DNA of 64,000 bases. Source: a bacterium (GTDB lineage: Bacteria > UBA8248). The position numbers and the translations under genes were made by a program. The notes beneath the pieces were generated by a model. That model saw only the letters and a program-made list of their open reading frames with translations, ran no database searches and was not told the origin of the DNA. This document shows, piece by piece, positions 50,896 to 60,605 of this stretch. Every line of letters starts with the position of its first letter. Position 1 is the stretch's first letter. The DNA is taken from NCBI GenBank assembly GCA_965213625.1, contig CBDBZU010000004.1, positions 3,680,001-3,744,000 of the forward strand, written 5' to 3'.

Positions 50896-51351
50896 CTAGG
50901 AGACGCTCATCTTGCGCCCGCTCTCGTACCACTCGGGACCAGGCTGTTCTGGGGGGTCGTCGTAGCGTTTGATCTCGAGTTCGACGTTGTCGGGATCGTA
51001 GAAATAGGTGGCATAGCCCACGCCGTAGGCGCCCAGGTTCTTCTCCTCGCCGCGGTGAGGCTCCCGGCCGCTCGCCCGTAAACGATTGATAACATTGTGA
51101 TATTCGGCGTCATCCATGCAAAACGCGAGGTGGTCCATCCCGCCTTTCACCTCGACGTCATCGGACACGAAATCTGCGGCGTGAAACAGGACGAGGATGT
51201 CCTCCCCCACGCGGAAGACGACCTGGTCGATATCGCCGCCGTGGATGAGCCTTCGGCCGACGGGCTTGAAGCCCATCACGTCGCGATAAAACGCGATGGA
51301 TTCATCGAGATTCGTGACGCGCAAGGCGACGTGTTCGATCATTCGTTTCAT
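50896..51351 (-). CDS. VOC family protein
   Basis: IEHVAL, MDHLAF, YFYDPDNVELE. Confidence 0.85.
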   Translation of the reverse strand: MKRMIEHVALRVTNLDESIAFYRDVMGFKPVGRRLIHGGDIDQVVFRVGEDILVLFHAADFVSDDVEVKGGMDHLAFCMDDAEYHNVINRLRASGREPHRGEEKNLGAYGVGYATYFYDPDNVELEIKRYDDPPEQPGPEWYESGRKMSVS

Positions 51352-51379
51352 GGCGGCCTCCTTATTCTGGAGGAGGGGG

Positions 51380-51901
51380 CTAGTCGTCGTAGGCTTTCAC
51401 CGTGGGAACCGTGATGGGGGATTCGGGTTCGGTTCTGCCCTCGGCTACGGCGCGAATCGCCTCGATGATCTGACGATAACCCGTGCAGCGGCAAAGGTTC
51501 CCGGTGAGCCAGTGCCGAATTTCATCCTCGGAGGGGTCGGGATTCTCATCGAGGAGTTTCTTGGCCGATACGATCATCCCGGGCGTGCAGTAGCCGCACT
51601 GCGTTGCGCCATAAGAGGCGAAAGCGGCTTGTAAGGGATGTAAATCATCAAGGCCGCCGAGGCCTTCAATCGTCTCGATGTTCGCGCCGTCGGCGCGCAC
51701 CGCGAGGACAAGACACGAACTGATGAGTTCACCATCCATGATGATCGAGCAGGAGCCGCACGCGCCCTGATCGCAGGCGCGCTTGGTGCCCATCATGTCC
51801 AAATCTTCGCGGATCAAGTCAACCAGATAGCGGTTCACGGGAACCATCACTTCGACGGGCTCTCCGTTGAGAACGAAGGATATCATCTTTTTTTCAGACA
51901 T
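51380..51901 (-). CDS. (2Fe-2S)-binding small subunit of the xanthine/CO dehydrogenase family (CoxS-like)
   Basis: GTKRACDQGACGSC, QCGYCTPG, GNLCRCTGY. Confidence 0.92.
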   Translation of the reverse strand: MSEKKMISFVLNGEPVEVMVPVNRYLVDLIREDLDMMGTKRACDQGACGSCSIIMDGELISSCLVLAVRADGANIETIEGLGGLDDLHPLQAAFASYGATQCGYCTPGMIVSAKKLLDENPDPSEDEIRHWLTGNLCRCTGYRQIIEAIRAVAEGRTEPESPITVPTVKAYDD

Positions 51902-51985
51902 TTCGATCCCCCACAATTTGCGGCCGTGCGCTGTTTTTTTATACTTCCACTATACCACGATTCCGCCCGGCGTGCACAGATAGCC

Positions 51986-52999
51986 TCATATCTTCCTGAG
52001 CTCCGGGATGAGTTCGTCCGAGATCATCCGCATGCTGTGAAGCGCCGTGGAAAGCGGCATTCCCGCCCAGTGCGTACGGATGATGAGATGGCTCATGCCG
52101 ACTTCCTCCCAGTAGGGGCGAAGCTGCTCGTAGCACTCCTCGGGCGAGCCGATGATGAAGCGATCTTTCAGCAAATCGTCGAATTCATGGTCGAAGCTCT
52201 CATCATCCGGCATGGCGTCGTCCTGTCCCCACTTGGCGTAATCCTGGTACTTGCCGAACAGATAAGGCCCCGCCATCTCGAGGGCGGTCTTCCTGTCGTG
52301 GCTGCAGAAAATCTCCTTCATGCAGGGGAAATCCGCCGGGAACGGCTTGCCGCATCGATCCAGTTCCGCGCGGTAGAGGGTCATCTGCCGCTTGATGGTC
52401 GCCGTGGTGGAATGCGGGTTGATGAACCAGTTGTCGCCGATGCGCGCTGCTCGCTCGATGGCCTTGTCGTTGTTCGCCGCCACCCAAATGGGTGGATAGG
52501 GCTTCTGCACGGGGCGGATGTTCATGCGCACGCCGTCCAGCTTGCAGATCTCATCCTCCCAGGTCACCTCCTCCTCCGTCCAGAGGCGCTTCACGAGTTC
52601 GAGGCACTCCTCGAAGCGGCGCACGCGCTGTCCCTTCGGCACCTGGAAGGCGTCGAACTCCGCCTTGCGGTAGCCGAGCCCGATGCCGAACACGAAGTTC
52701 CCCCGGCAGAGCACGTCCATCGTCGCCACCGTCTCGGCCACGTATACCGGGTTGTGGAGGTTGATGAGCAGGATGCCGAGCCCGAGCGTCATCTCGCCCG
52801 CTTCGGCCTGCAGCCGCGCGAGGAACGGCACTATCTGGAGCTGTTTGTTGTCGCCCTCGTTCAGGTAGTGCTGCCCGGTGAAGAGCGAGTCCCAGCCCTT
52901 GTCGCGCGCGAGGCGCACCATGGCGTACTGCTCGTCCAGGGCGCTGACCATGTCGGTTTCCAGGTGCTGCTGGTTGGTGATGAAGAGCCCTACTTTCAT
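51986..52999 (-). CDS. LLM-class flavin-dependent oxidoreductase
   Basis: GQHY, NPVYVAE..ATMD, GIGLGYR..EF, RPVQKPYPPIW. Confidence 0.9.
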   Translation of the reverse strand: MKVGLFITNQQHLETDMVSALDEQYAMVRLARDKGWDSLFTGQHYLNEGDNKQLQIVPFLARLQAEAGEMTLGLGILLINLHNPVYVAETVATMDVLCRGNFVFGIGLGYRKAEFDAFQVPKGQRVRRFEECLELVKRLWTEEEVTWEDEICKLDGVRMNIRPVQKPYPPIWVAANNDKAIERAARIGDNWFINPHSTTATIKRQMTLYRAELDRCGKPFPADFPCMKEIFCSHDRKTALEMAGPYLFGKYQDYAKWGQDDAMPDDESFDHEFDDLLKDRFIIGSPEECYEQLRPYWEEVGMSHLIIRTHWAGMPLSTALHSMRMISDELIPELRKI

Positions 53000-53360
53000 G
53001 TCACGTTCCCTATATGTAAGTGGATGGTTGGAGGCTACCATACCGCAAGGTCCTTCATATTTCTATGCTGGGGAGGCTTTACTGCATGATGGAAGGGGGA
53101 GAGGGGAACTGCGGGGAAATGCGGGGTGCGAAAAAACTTTTTTTATTCGAAAAAATTCGATAAAATATTCTTCTTCTGCTTGAATCCATTCTCATAACCG
53201 ACTGAAATAATATCGGTTACTCCTTCGATTTCCTTGCCGTTCGTTTTCAGATATTTATCGAAAAACCCCGTGAATTTATCGATATTTACAGGAAATACGA
53301 TTATTTTCATATTCATTGTGAGCCCCGAGTCCATGAATACCCCTCCCCGGCGAGAAAAAG

Positions 53361-54065
53361 CCCCCCTGACAAGGGGGGTTGGGGGGTTCGCCGCCTTCAC
53401 TCTCGCCGCATCACTGAATTCCATGAGAAAGCCTCCGCGCCTTTTGTCAATTCCGACTGAGAAAGAAGGAATCGACCAACTCATGCGGGAGAAATCGTTT
53501 TCCCGCGACGCGCGCACGATAGCGGAATACGGGGTTAGTGGGAGTACGGCAATTGCGGGGAAATGCGGGGTCAATTTCGGGTGAAGTACGTGGGTTTGCC
53601 GATTGAGGTGCTTGTAGGGACAACCCCCCGTGGTTGTCCTTCGTCAGGGTTGGCGCCATAAAACCGGGCGGACACAGGGGTCCGCCCCTACAAACCGCGA
53701 ATCGAGATTACCGTCATTCCGGCGCATGCCGGAATCCAGAACGAATTTGGTAGGCGCTTTACGGCGTTTCATCCGCCTTCTGTGCAGTCAGGCTGCCGAA
53801 AGAAAAGAATGTCATAGGCGAAACCCCTGGATTCCGGCATACGCCGGAATGACGAGGCTTTGAAACACTCCCCCTTGAGGGTCAATCCCGATTGAAGAAT
53901 GAGGGATTGTCGGTGAAGCCGAGCGATTTGTGCGAAGATTGAATCGGTGGGGGGACAATCGCGACTGATGAAGAAGTGATTGCATACATGTAGGGGCGAA
54001 CCCCTTTATCCGCCCTATGGCGTAAGAGGGTAAAGATACCGTAGGGGCGGCTCGCGAGCCGCCCG
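53361..54065. repeat. Cluster of mixed palindromic repeats left of the sirtuin gene
   Basis: CCCCCCTGACAAGGGGGG at 53361, REP doublet 53614-53691, RPE-like 53712-53854, partial 184-bp element, REPs at 53990 and 54041. Confidence 0.8.
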
Positions 54066-54114
54066 TGTGGTCCAGGCAACCAAGAAAGGACGAAAAGTAT
54101 GACGTACCTTGAAT

Positions 54115-57100
54115 TTATCCAAGTCCCAGACTTGCGCGAAGCTCTTCCAGTTTCTCCTTGAAATCATCCGGGATGTCGGATGCGACGAGTTTCTCGACAA
54201 GCGCCTTGCCTCCATGCCACGCATATGATGGCGATTCACACCCGCCTATATGAATCAATAACTTCGCAACCGCCTCCGGATAGCGTTGCCACAAATCAGA
54301 CAGATTGATATCAGAAACTAACAAGCCACGTTGGAGCGGAACTTTCGGCATACGAACCGCCAAGTCGACTGCTTCGGGAAACATATTGCCTTGTAAGCAG
54401 GAAGACCATTCAAGCATGCTTTCGATTTCACCGGAATCGAGTTGTCTGGGAATTCCTTGCAGGCGATTTTCCCAATACTGCTTGAGCCAACGTGACCACC
54501 ATTCCCGTTGTCCCTCTTCATTCATATGAAGAAGACTTTGGTGTATTTGTGTTGCGAAATAATTCCGGTCCTCTTCACCAGCATAATCAAATAACCTGGG
54601 AATCCAAACTTCAAGAGGCTCATCGACAAAATAGGCAAGCATTTTGATATAGGCATTGATGAATACTTCACGTCGATGCCCATCAAAATATGTACCTTGG
54701 ATATGAGGAACAGCCTCAAAAAAAGCATCCTTCATCAACTCGGCCACGGACTGGCTGAGTGATGCATATTGGAAACCATCCCATACCGCCTGAATTTCAC
54801 CTATATTGTCATGCGCTTTGAAAGAGGGCAGCAAATTCTCTTTCGTCCATTTTTTATCGACCACCAACAAAAAAGGAAGCTGGCTTGCGAGAACAGATCG
54901 CCCCAATCTACCAATCAGAGATTCATCTTGAGCGATGCAAGAAAGCGCGTCGTAATAAACGCCGCTCAGTGAATCAGGCATTGGGTCTTGTTGTCTTCGC
55001 CACAAAGACAAACTTCCAAGCCAGTATTCAGCGATCTTACCGCCAGCGTGGTTGATGGCATAGCTGTCCCAATTAGATGGATTTTCAAACTGTTCATCGC
55101 GGTCTAAATGTTCCCATAATCCTAGGGCAATCTCGTTGGCTTCTCGAAGCAAAGTAGGCGCATAAGGCACACCGCCGTTCCTTACGAGCGAATAAAGGAA
55201 ATCCGCAATCCAATGAGCGTGTTTCCGATATAGTTTGTTTCTATCCAATCGGAAGAGTACTTGGCGATGTGCATACTCGGTTAACTCATTCGACCACGCA
55301 CGAATCAGAATTGGCCAAAGATCGGTATCCCACTCACTGCGCTTAACCAATTCATCAGCTAGTTCGATGCCCCATTTAAAATTCTGCTTTGCCGCACCCT
55401 CGACAACAAGAACGAGTCCCTCACGGTTAGGGCCGAGAATATCTATCGGTTGGAAAGACAATAGATCATCCACCCAATCTTTCGCCGGTCGTGCCAGCAG
55501 TCCCTCTACACTCCAAGGACTTTGAGTGCCACTTCCTGTACTGGACCAAGACAATAGATCTGGGTATTCCCTTTGTTGAAAATTAGGATATTGCTTCGAT
55601 ATTTCGTTTAGAGCATTTTGAGCAAGAGTACAGTCGGGATCGGAACGATTTAGCCAATGAAGCCACGTGAAATGTTGATATGAGGTACGCTGCTCCTTAT
55701 TTTCATCTTCAGGATTGGGCCAAGAAAATGCGTGCACGGACTTTATGATGGCTTTGCGCCGTTTCGAGTCGGCATTGGGATAAGCTTTTTCCAGAAACAT
55801 AAACACTTCATGACGCGCCGGAGTATCGTGCAAATCCATGCGAGTCAGAAGCCAGTCAATTTTCTCGTTTGGAGTCAAATCTTCGCGTTTAAGCAATATA
55901 TGTACCGCCAATCGACGCAATAATGGCGCATCCGAGTCGATAAGCTGGTCGCACCATCGCGCCGCCACCTCAGGCCGATTTGATAACAAATATTCCAGAG
56001 AATCTCGGGCCGCATCAATCAATACATCTACAGTCCCTGGAATTCTATCCTGTTCATGAGGTTCGATTGCGCTACGACGAAAACTTGCTGGTTCATAAAT
56101 GCGTGACGCTTTCCCCCAAGAGCAGAGAGTGTGGAATTGCGCTGACAATTGCTCGACAACGCTTGTGAGCAGCGGGGCAACTAAGTTGTCGAGGTTCGGT
56201 TTTAGTCCTTTTTCCCAGAGTTCGTTGACCTCATAATGATCACTGAGTGATGACAATTCCACCCGGACAGATGGGCGTGGGTTTTCCTTCTCGTCATCGG
56301 ACAAATGAAAACCTCGCTCAATCTTGAGACAGCCAGCCGCACAAGTGATGAAAATTTCGAGAAGACTAGTCATCAATCCCGTTTCAATGCAACGATTTCC
56401 CAACCATAAAAACACGTGCTTATACGGCCGCGCTGGAACAGTAGCAAGTAATAATGAAACCCAACTCGATAAGTTTTTTTCGTCTATTGGCGTATTGTTT
56501 TGCAATCCGATAGTGCGTCCTAACACAAACCAGAAGGTTGGATGCAATTGCATCTCGTGTCGACCAATAAGTAGAAAAAGTGAATCTGAGTGTTCACATG
56601 CAAAAGTATTTGCTAACCACTCCGCCAGTTCGCGTTTATGTTCACTCAATTCACCAACGCCAAAGAGGCTGTCGAGATACTTACGTTGATCGAGCCAGTC
56701 GATCCATTCAGGCGATAAGGCGGCATTAGTGAAGAACCGTGCTTTCGCTTCGTCCAAGAACGCGTCTTCAATGAGGCACATCTCCTCCTCGTTAAGTGAG
56801 GGTGGTTTCCCAGCAATCTCCGTTATTTCACGCTGCCAGCCTAGAATGCCACGTGTTGAATAACTGGCAAGACGTTGGATGCCAAGGTAAAGACTACAAT
56901 GTTGGTCACCAGCAACTCTTTCATAGATAATCGGTTTAATACCGAGAATTTGCCATCGGTCACTTATAGCTTCGGTCGTAATCGCAAAACGCCCTTTTGT
57001 TTCACTAGTTGTTAAGGCCCGGGCCAGATATTTCATAATCGTGTCGTCGTGACTGTAGCCGACAAAGAGAACGGTAAAATTGCGGAAGAGTTCGACGAGA

Positions 57101-57654
57101 AAACGCCCTGCCCATCCATCGCTTAGGTATGCGCGACCAAAATCTGCGTCAGTCAACACCATGTCTAAAGGATGGCTGACTGCACCATGAAGGTGGACAA
57201 TTCCGTTGAAATCTCGTCCTAAAGGAAGTGCCGGAGCGCGAAACACTTCGGGATTCGGGTCGAAAATATCTTGTGCTGCCCTCTCGAATAACAATTCGAA
57301 GTTCGTCGTTACGATTCGAGTCGATTCCGTTTTGGAATATAGCCGTAGCAGATCACGGTGCAATTCGTTCGGCTTTGAATTTTTGTTAGAGAGTATCTCA
57401 GAGGCTAACTCATGCACTTTCGTGCCTCTTTCCTTTTTTAGCCTGCCGAGAAATTGATCATCAGTTTCACCATCTTTCTGTGTTTCTCCTGTACCTCGTG
57501 CGATCAATTTTGTTAAACACTTAAAATTCGGGAGATTCGCCGGTTTTCCCATCGAAACGCCTGCACCCGCGAAAACGACCAGCTTGTTGTCTCGCAGGGC
57601 GTCCAATAATTCTCTCGGAAAATCAATGCCTGCAATTTTCACTCTTGACTCCAA
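54115..57654 (-). CDS. SIR2-domain protein with long helical C-terminus (Dsr1-like, SIR2_2 + DUF4020 architecture), probable anti-phage defence
   Basis: VFAGAGVS, TTNF, HLHG, LFVGYS.DD; C-terminal W..WL..YWENRLQGIP; 1179 aa; AT-richer than the host. Confidence 0.8.
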   Translation of the reverse strand: MESRVKIAGIDFPRELLDALRDNKLVVFAGAGVSMGKPANLPNFKCLTKLIARGTGETQKDGETDDQFLGRLKKERGTKVHELASEILSNKNSKPNELHRDLLRLYSKTESTRIVTTNFELLFERAAQDIFDPNPEVFRAPALPLGRDFNGIVHLHGAVSHPLDMVLTDADFGRAYLSDGWAGRFLVELFRNFTVLFVGYSHDDTIMKYLARALTTSETKGRFAITTEAISDRWQILGIKPIIYERVAGDQHCSLYLGIQRLASYSTRGILGWQREITEIAGKPPSLNEEEMCLIEDAFLDEAKARFFTNAALSPEWIDWLDQRKYLDSLFGVGELSEHKRELAEWLANTFACEHSDSLFLLIGRHEMQLHPTFWFVLGRTIGLQNNTPIDEKNLSSWVSLLLATVPARPYKHVFLWLGNRCIETGLMTSLLEIFITCAAGCLKIERGFHLSDDEKENPRPSVRVELSSLSDHYEVNELWEKGLKPNLDNLVAPLLTSVVEQLSAQFHTLCSWGKASRIYEPASFRRSAIEPHEQDRIPGTVDVLIDAARDSLEYLLSNRPEVAARWCDQLIDSDAPLLRRLAVHILLKREDLTPNEKIDWLLTRMDLHDTPARHEVFMFLEKAYPNADSKRRKAIIKSVHAFSWPNPEDENKEQRTSYQHFTWLHWLNRSDPDCTLAQNALNEISKQYPNFQQREYPDLLSWSSTGSGTQSPWSVEGLLARPAKDWVDDLLSFQPIDILGPNREGLVLVVEGAAKQNFKWGIELADELVKRSEWDTDLWPILIRAWSNELTEYAHRQVLFRLDRNKLYRKHAHWIADFLYSLVRNGGVPYAPTLLREANEIALGLWEHLDRDEQFENPSNWDSYAINHAGGKIAEYWLGSLSLWRRQQDPMPDSLSGVYYDALSCIAQDESLIGRLGRSVLASQLPFLLVVDKKWTKENLLPSFKAHDNIGEIQAVWDGFQYASLSQSVAELMKDAFFEAVPHIQGTYFDGHRREVFINAYIKMLAYFVDEPLEVWIPRLFDYAGEEDRNYFATQIHQSLLHMNEEGQREWWSRWLKQYWENRLQGIPRQLDSGEIESMLEWSSCLQGNMFPEAVDLAVRMPKVPLQRGLLVSDINLSDLWQRYPEAVAKLLIHIGGCESPSYAWHGGKALVEKLVASDIPDDFKEKLEELRASLGLG

Positions 57655-57670
57655 TAGCTACTCAAGTCAC

Positions 57671-57748
57671 CGGGCGGCTCGCGAGCCGCCCCTACGGGTA
57701 GAGAGAGATATTCGACCAGACCGGGCGGACACATCGGTCCGCCCCTAC
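57671..57748. repeat. Two inverted GTAG-REPs right of the sirtuin gene
   Basis: CGGGCGGCTCGCGAGCCGCCCCTACGG and GGGCGGACACATCGGTCCGCCCCTAC. Confidence 0.85.
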
Positions 57749-57849
57749 ACCCCCTTTACAACTCCCACAATCCCTCCCTCCTCGGTCGGGTAATCGAACT
57801 CCCCCTCATCGGGGAAGCGCAATCCCTCCCTACTCAGTCGGGATTCACC

Positions 57850-58620
57850 TCACACAAACAACCTAACCCCCGGAAACACCTCCTCCCTCCTCAGGTCCGT
57901 CTCGTCGTGTCCGGCGAAGATGAGGTCGGGCGCGTCGGCCAGGTCCTTCACGGTCTCGAGCGCGCGCAGGGCGTCGTCCACGTGGATGTGGATGCCCGGC
58001 GGTATCATGGATTCGAGGCTCCGGTAGAGATAGGCCGCGTCCACGGCCAGCACCGCCCAGCCCCGCGCCGTGCGGAAGCGGATGATCTGGTGGCCCGGCG
58101 TGTGGCCGCCCACCCAGTGGACATGCACGCCCTCCGCTATCTCCGCCTCCCCGTCCACGAGATTCATGCGGCCTGCTTCAAGTAGCCGCTCGGCTTCTTC
58201 CAAATCGCCCAGGAAATGGTTGATGAAGTGGTATTCCGCCGCGTCGCTCCGCCAGAAATCAAGCTCGCGCCTCTGGAGATAAAAGCGCGCCCCGGTGAAC
58301 AGCCTCGGGGACATGAAGTGGTCCCAATGCAGATGGCTCACGATCATCGTCTCGACTTCCGAGGGTTTGAGATCGAAATGCTTCAGCAATTCATGCTGCG
58401 GGCGGTAGTCCGCGTAATCCGGGTTCCGCGCCTTCTGGGATTCCTCGCTGAAGCCGGTGTCGATAACGACCGGCGCGCCCCCGCCTTCGGGCATCAGCAC
58501 CCAGAAGAAATAGGGCAGCGTGCGCGTCCTCCCCGATTCACTCAAGTAAAGGAGCCAGGAGGCGTCGCACGCGCGCGAGCCCTGGCACAGGGCGTAGAGG
58601 TTGTAGGTCGTCTCGCTCAA
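57850..58620 (-). CDS. Metallo-beta-lactamase-fold hydrolase (N-acyl homoserine lactonase-like family)
   Basis: IDTG, SHLHWDH, GHTPGHQ, AGHD; GGAGG before TTG. Confidence 0.87.
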   Translation of the reverse strand: MSETTYNLYALCQGSRACDASWLLYLSESGRTRTLPYFFWVLMPEGGGAPVVIDTGFSEESQKARNPDYADYRPQHELLKHFDLKPSEVETMIVSHLHWDHFMSPRLFTGARFYLQRRELDFWRSDAAEYHFINHFLGDLEEAERLLEAGRMNLVDGEAEIAEGVHVHWVGGHTPGHQIIRFRTARGWAVLAVDAAYLYRSLESMIPPGIHIHVDDALRALETVKDLADAPDLIFAGHDETDLRREEVFPGVRLFV

Positions 58621-58874
58621 GGTGATACCTCCGTGTTGTCCCGCTCGAAGGGATAGTTGGAAAAGTCCACAGAAGGAGCTCTCTAAATTTCACTCCCCCT
58701 TGAGGATGAATCACAATCATCGAAAGAGGAAATTCACTCCCCCCTTGAGGGGGAGTCAGTGAAGCCGAGCGATTTGTGCGAAGGCTGAATCGGTGGGGGG
58801 ACATGCCACAGAAAAAGCTCCCCCCACCAGTTCGCCTGCGGGCTTGTGCCCTTAGCTCACTGACTCCCCCTCAG

Positions 58875-60394
58875 GGGTCTGTTGAAAAACCCGGTGTTGG
58901 AAGCGGGCGTTTTGGCGGCTCACGCGGCGGCGGGGAGGCAGCCCAATCGGCGCGTGAGGGCGCCATGTGCGCGCAGCCGGCGTCTCCGGGCGGCACAGGC
59001 CGTCCACAAGGCGAATATACGCGCCGCAAAAGCGGCGGCCAGCCGCTTGAGGTTCACCGCTATCGCCGTCAGGTAGGACTGGATCCGCATGTTCGCAAGG
59101 CCCCGGCGCACCGCCCGCCCCAGTCCGTGCCGGCTCTTCGCCTCGCCGTGGTAGCCCTCCGAGCGCCAACGGTGGCGGCCATAGAGACGCTTCTCCTCCT
59201 CCCCCCAGCGCGCATGCCGCCGACGCGCGCGCAACAGCGCCGGATACGCGTGCGGAATCAACACCGTCCTGCTCGTGCGCGACTTCGACAGACAATCGGG
59301 CCTGAGCGCGCAGCCCGCGCAATCCCGCGTCTTCGATACATAGGAGCGCCCCCGCTCCGTCGCCTGCCGGGGGCGCAGCGTCTTGCCTCCCGGACACTTC
59401 ACCACCTCGTTGCGCGCGTCGTAGTGGAACAACTGCAGCGGAACACGGCTCTGGCTGGGTTCCTTCTTCGCTGGTATCAGCGCTTCCACGCCCCGCCGCT
59501 CCAATTCGCCATAAACCTTCGAGTACGCGTACCCCGAATCCGCCGTCACCATCTCCGGCGTGCGGCCCGACAACTCGCTTACCGCCTCTATATGGGACGC
59601 CATCATCTCACGCTCGTTCCGCGTCCCCTCCGTCACCGACACGTCGAGAACAACACCCCGCTCATCGTCCACCGCCGCGTGCTGCTTGTAGCTCGGCTCG
59701 AACCCCGCCCGCGCGCTCTTGCGCGCAAGCCGCGCGTCCGGGTCCGTCCGGCTCACCGGACCCCCGCCACCGCGGCCTCCTCCCTTCTTCCCGACCTCAT
59801 CATCGACGGGATTCTCCTGAATCACCTTCTCCGCGTGGTGCGCCGCCAGGCTCTCCCAGCTCACGTCCGCGCGTATCAACGAGGCGTCCACGTGCACCAC
59901 TTCCCCCTTCGCCACATTCGCCTCCAGGCAAGCCTGCACCGTGCGACGGAATATCTCCTTGAACCGTGCCTCCCCCCAGCGCTGACGTATCCGCGTCAGG
60001 CTCGAATGATGCGGCAACTCCTCGTGCAGCCCGTACCCGATGAACCACCGGATCGCCAGGTGCGCACGCGCCTCGCGAAGCAGGCGACGGTCGTGTACGT
60101 AGCCCAGCAACATACCCGCCAGCATCAAGCGGAGCGCCACCTCCGGGTCGATCCCCGGACGACCGTTATCCGCGCAATAGCAATCCGCCACCTCCTCCCG
60201 TAGCCAGCTCAAATCCAGTACGTGGTCCACGCGCATCAGGACGTGATCCTCGGGGATCAGCCGTTCCAGCGAACCGGCCACGAACAAATCCATCTGCTCG
60301 CGCCTCTTGCTGCCTATCATCGAGGGAACTCCCATCTCGGGCGAGATAGTGTCATTACACCCAATCACAATGCCGGGGCTTTTTCAACAGCCCC
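58875..60394 (-). mobile_element. IS1182-family insertion sequence, copy 2 (1520 bp)
   Basis: Same IRs as copy 1; flanks CTCAG/CTCAA inside an ACTCCCCC-TCAA-GGGGGGAGT hairpin. Confidence 0.9.
58920..60320 (-). CDS. IS1182-family transposase
   Basis: Differs from 4997-6397 at only about nine amino acids. Confidence 0.92.
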   Translation of the reverse strand: MIGSKRREQMDLFVAGSLERLIPEDHVLMRVDHVLDLSWLREEVADCYCADNGRPGIDPEVALRLMLAGMLLGYVHDRRLLREARAHLAIRWFIGYGLHEELPHHSSLTRIRQRWGEARFKEIFRRTVQACLEANVAKGEVVHVDASLIRADVSWESLAAHHAEKVIQENPVDDEVGKKGGGRGGGGPVSRTDPDARLARKSARAGFEPSYKQHAAVDDERGVVLDVSVTEGTRNEREMMASHIEAVSELSGRTPEMVTADSGYAYSKVYGELERRGVEALIPAKKEPSQSRVPLQLFHYDARNEVVKCPGGKTLRPRQATERGRSYVSKTRDCAGCALRPDCLSKSRTSRTVLIPHAYPALLRARRRHARWGEEEKRLYGRHRWRSEGYHGEAKSRHGLGRAVRRGLANMRIQSYLTAIAVNLKRLAAAFAARIFALWTACAARRRRLRAHGALTRRLGCLPAAA

Positions 60395-60605
60395 CTCAAG
60401 GGGGGAGTGAAATTCAAAAGCTTGCGCGCAACCCTAAACCGCTTCCCGGCACTTTTCCAATAACCTCCGAAGCCGCGGGGCGCGGGATGAATGACGAAGC
60501 AAATCTTCGTTGTCCGAAGCAAGAGATTATGCCATTATCACCGGAGCGCAAAACGTAAATTTCGGTATTCGGTTCACAGAAAACCATTCCCGAAGGGCGC
60601 ACGTT

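Noticed and set aside
4952-60394. Composite transposon formed by the two IS1182 copies
   Set aside because: Each copy has its own flanking duplication, and the enclosed 52 kb includes core metabolic genes
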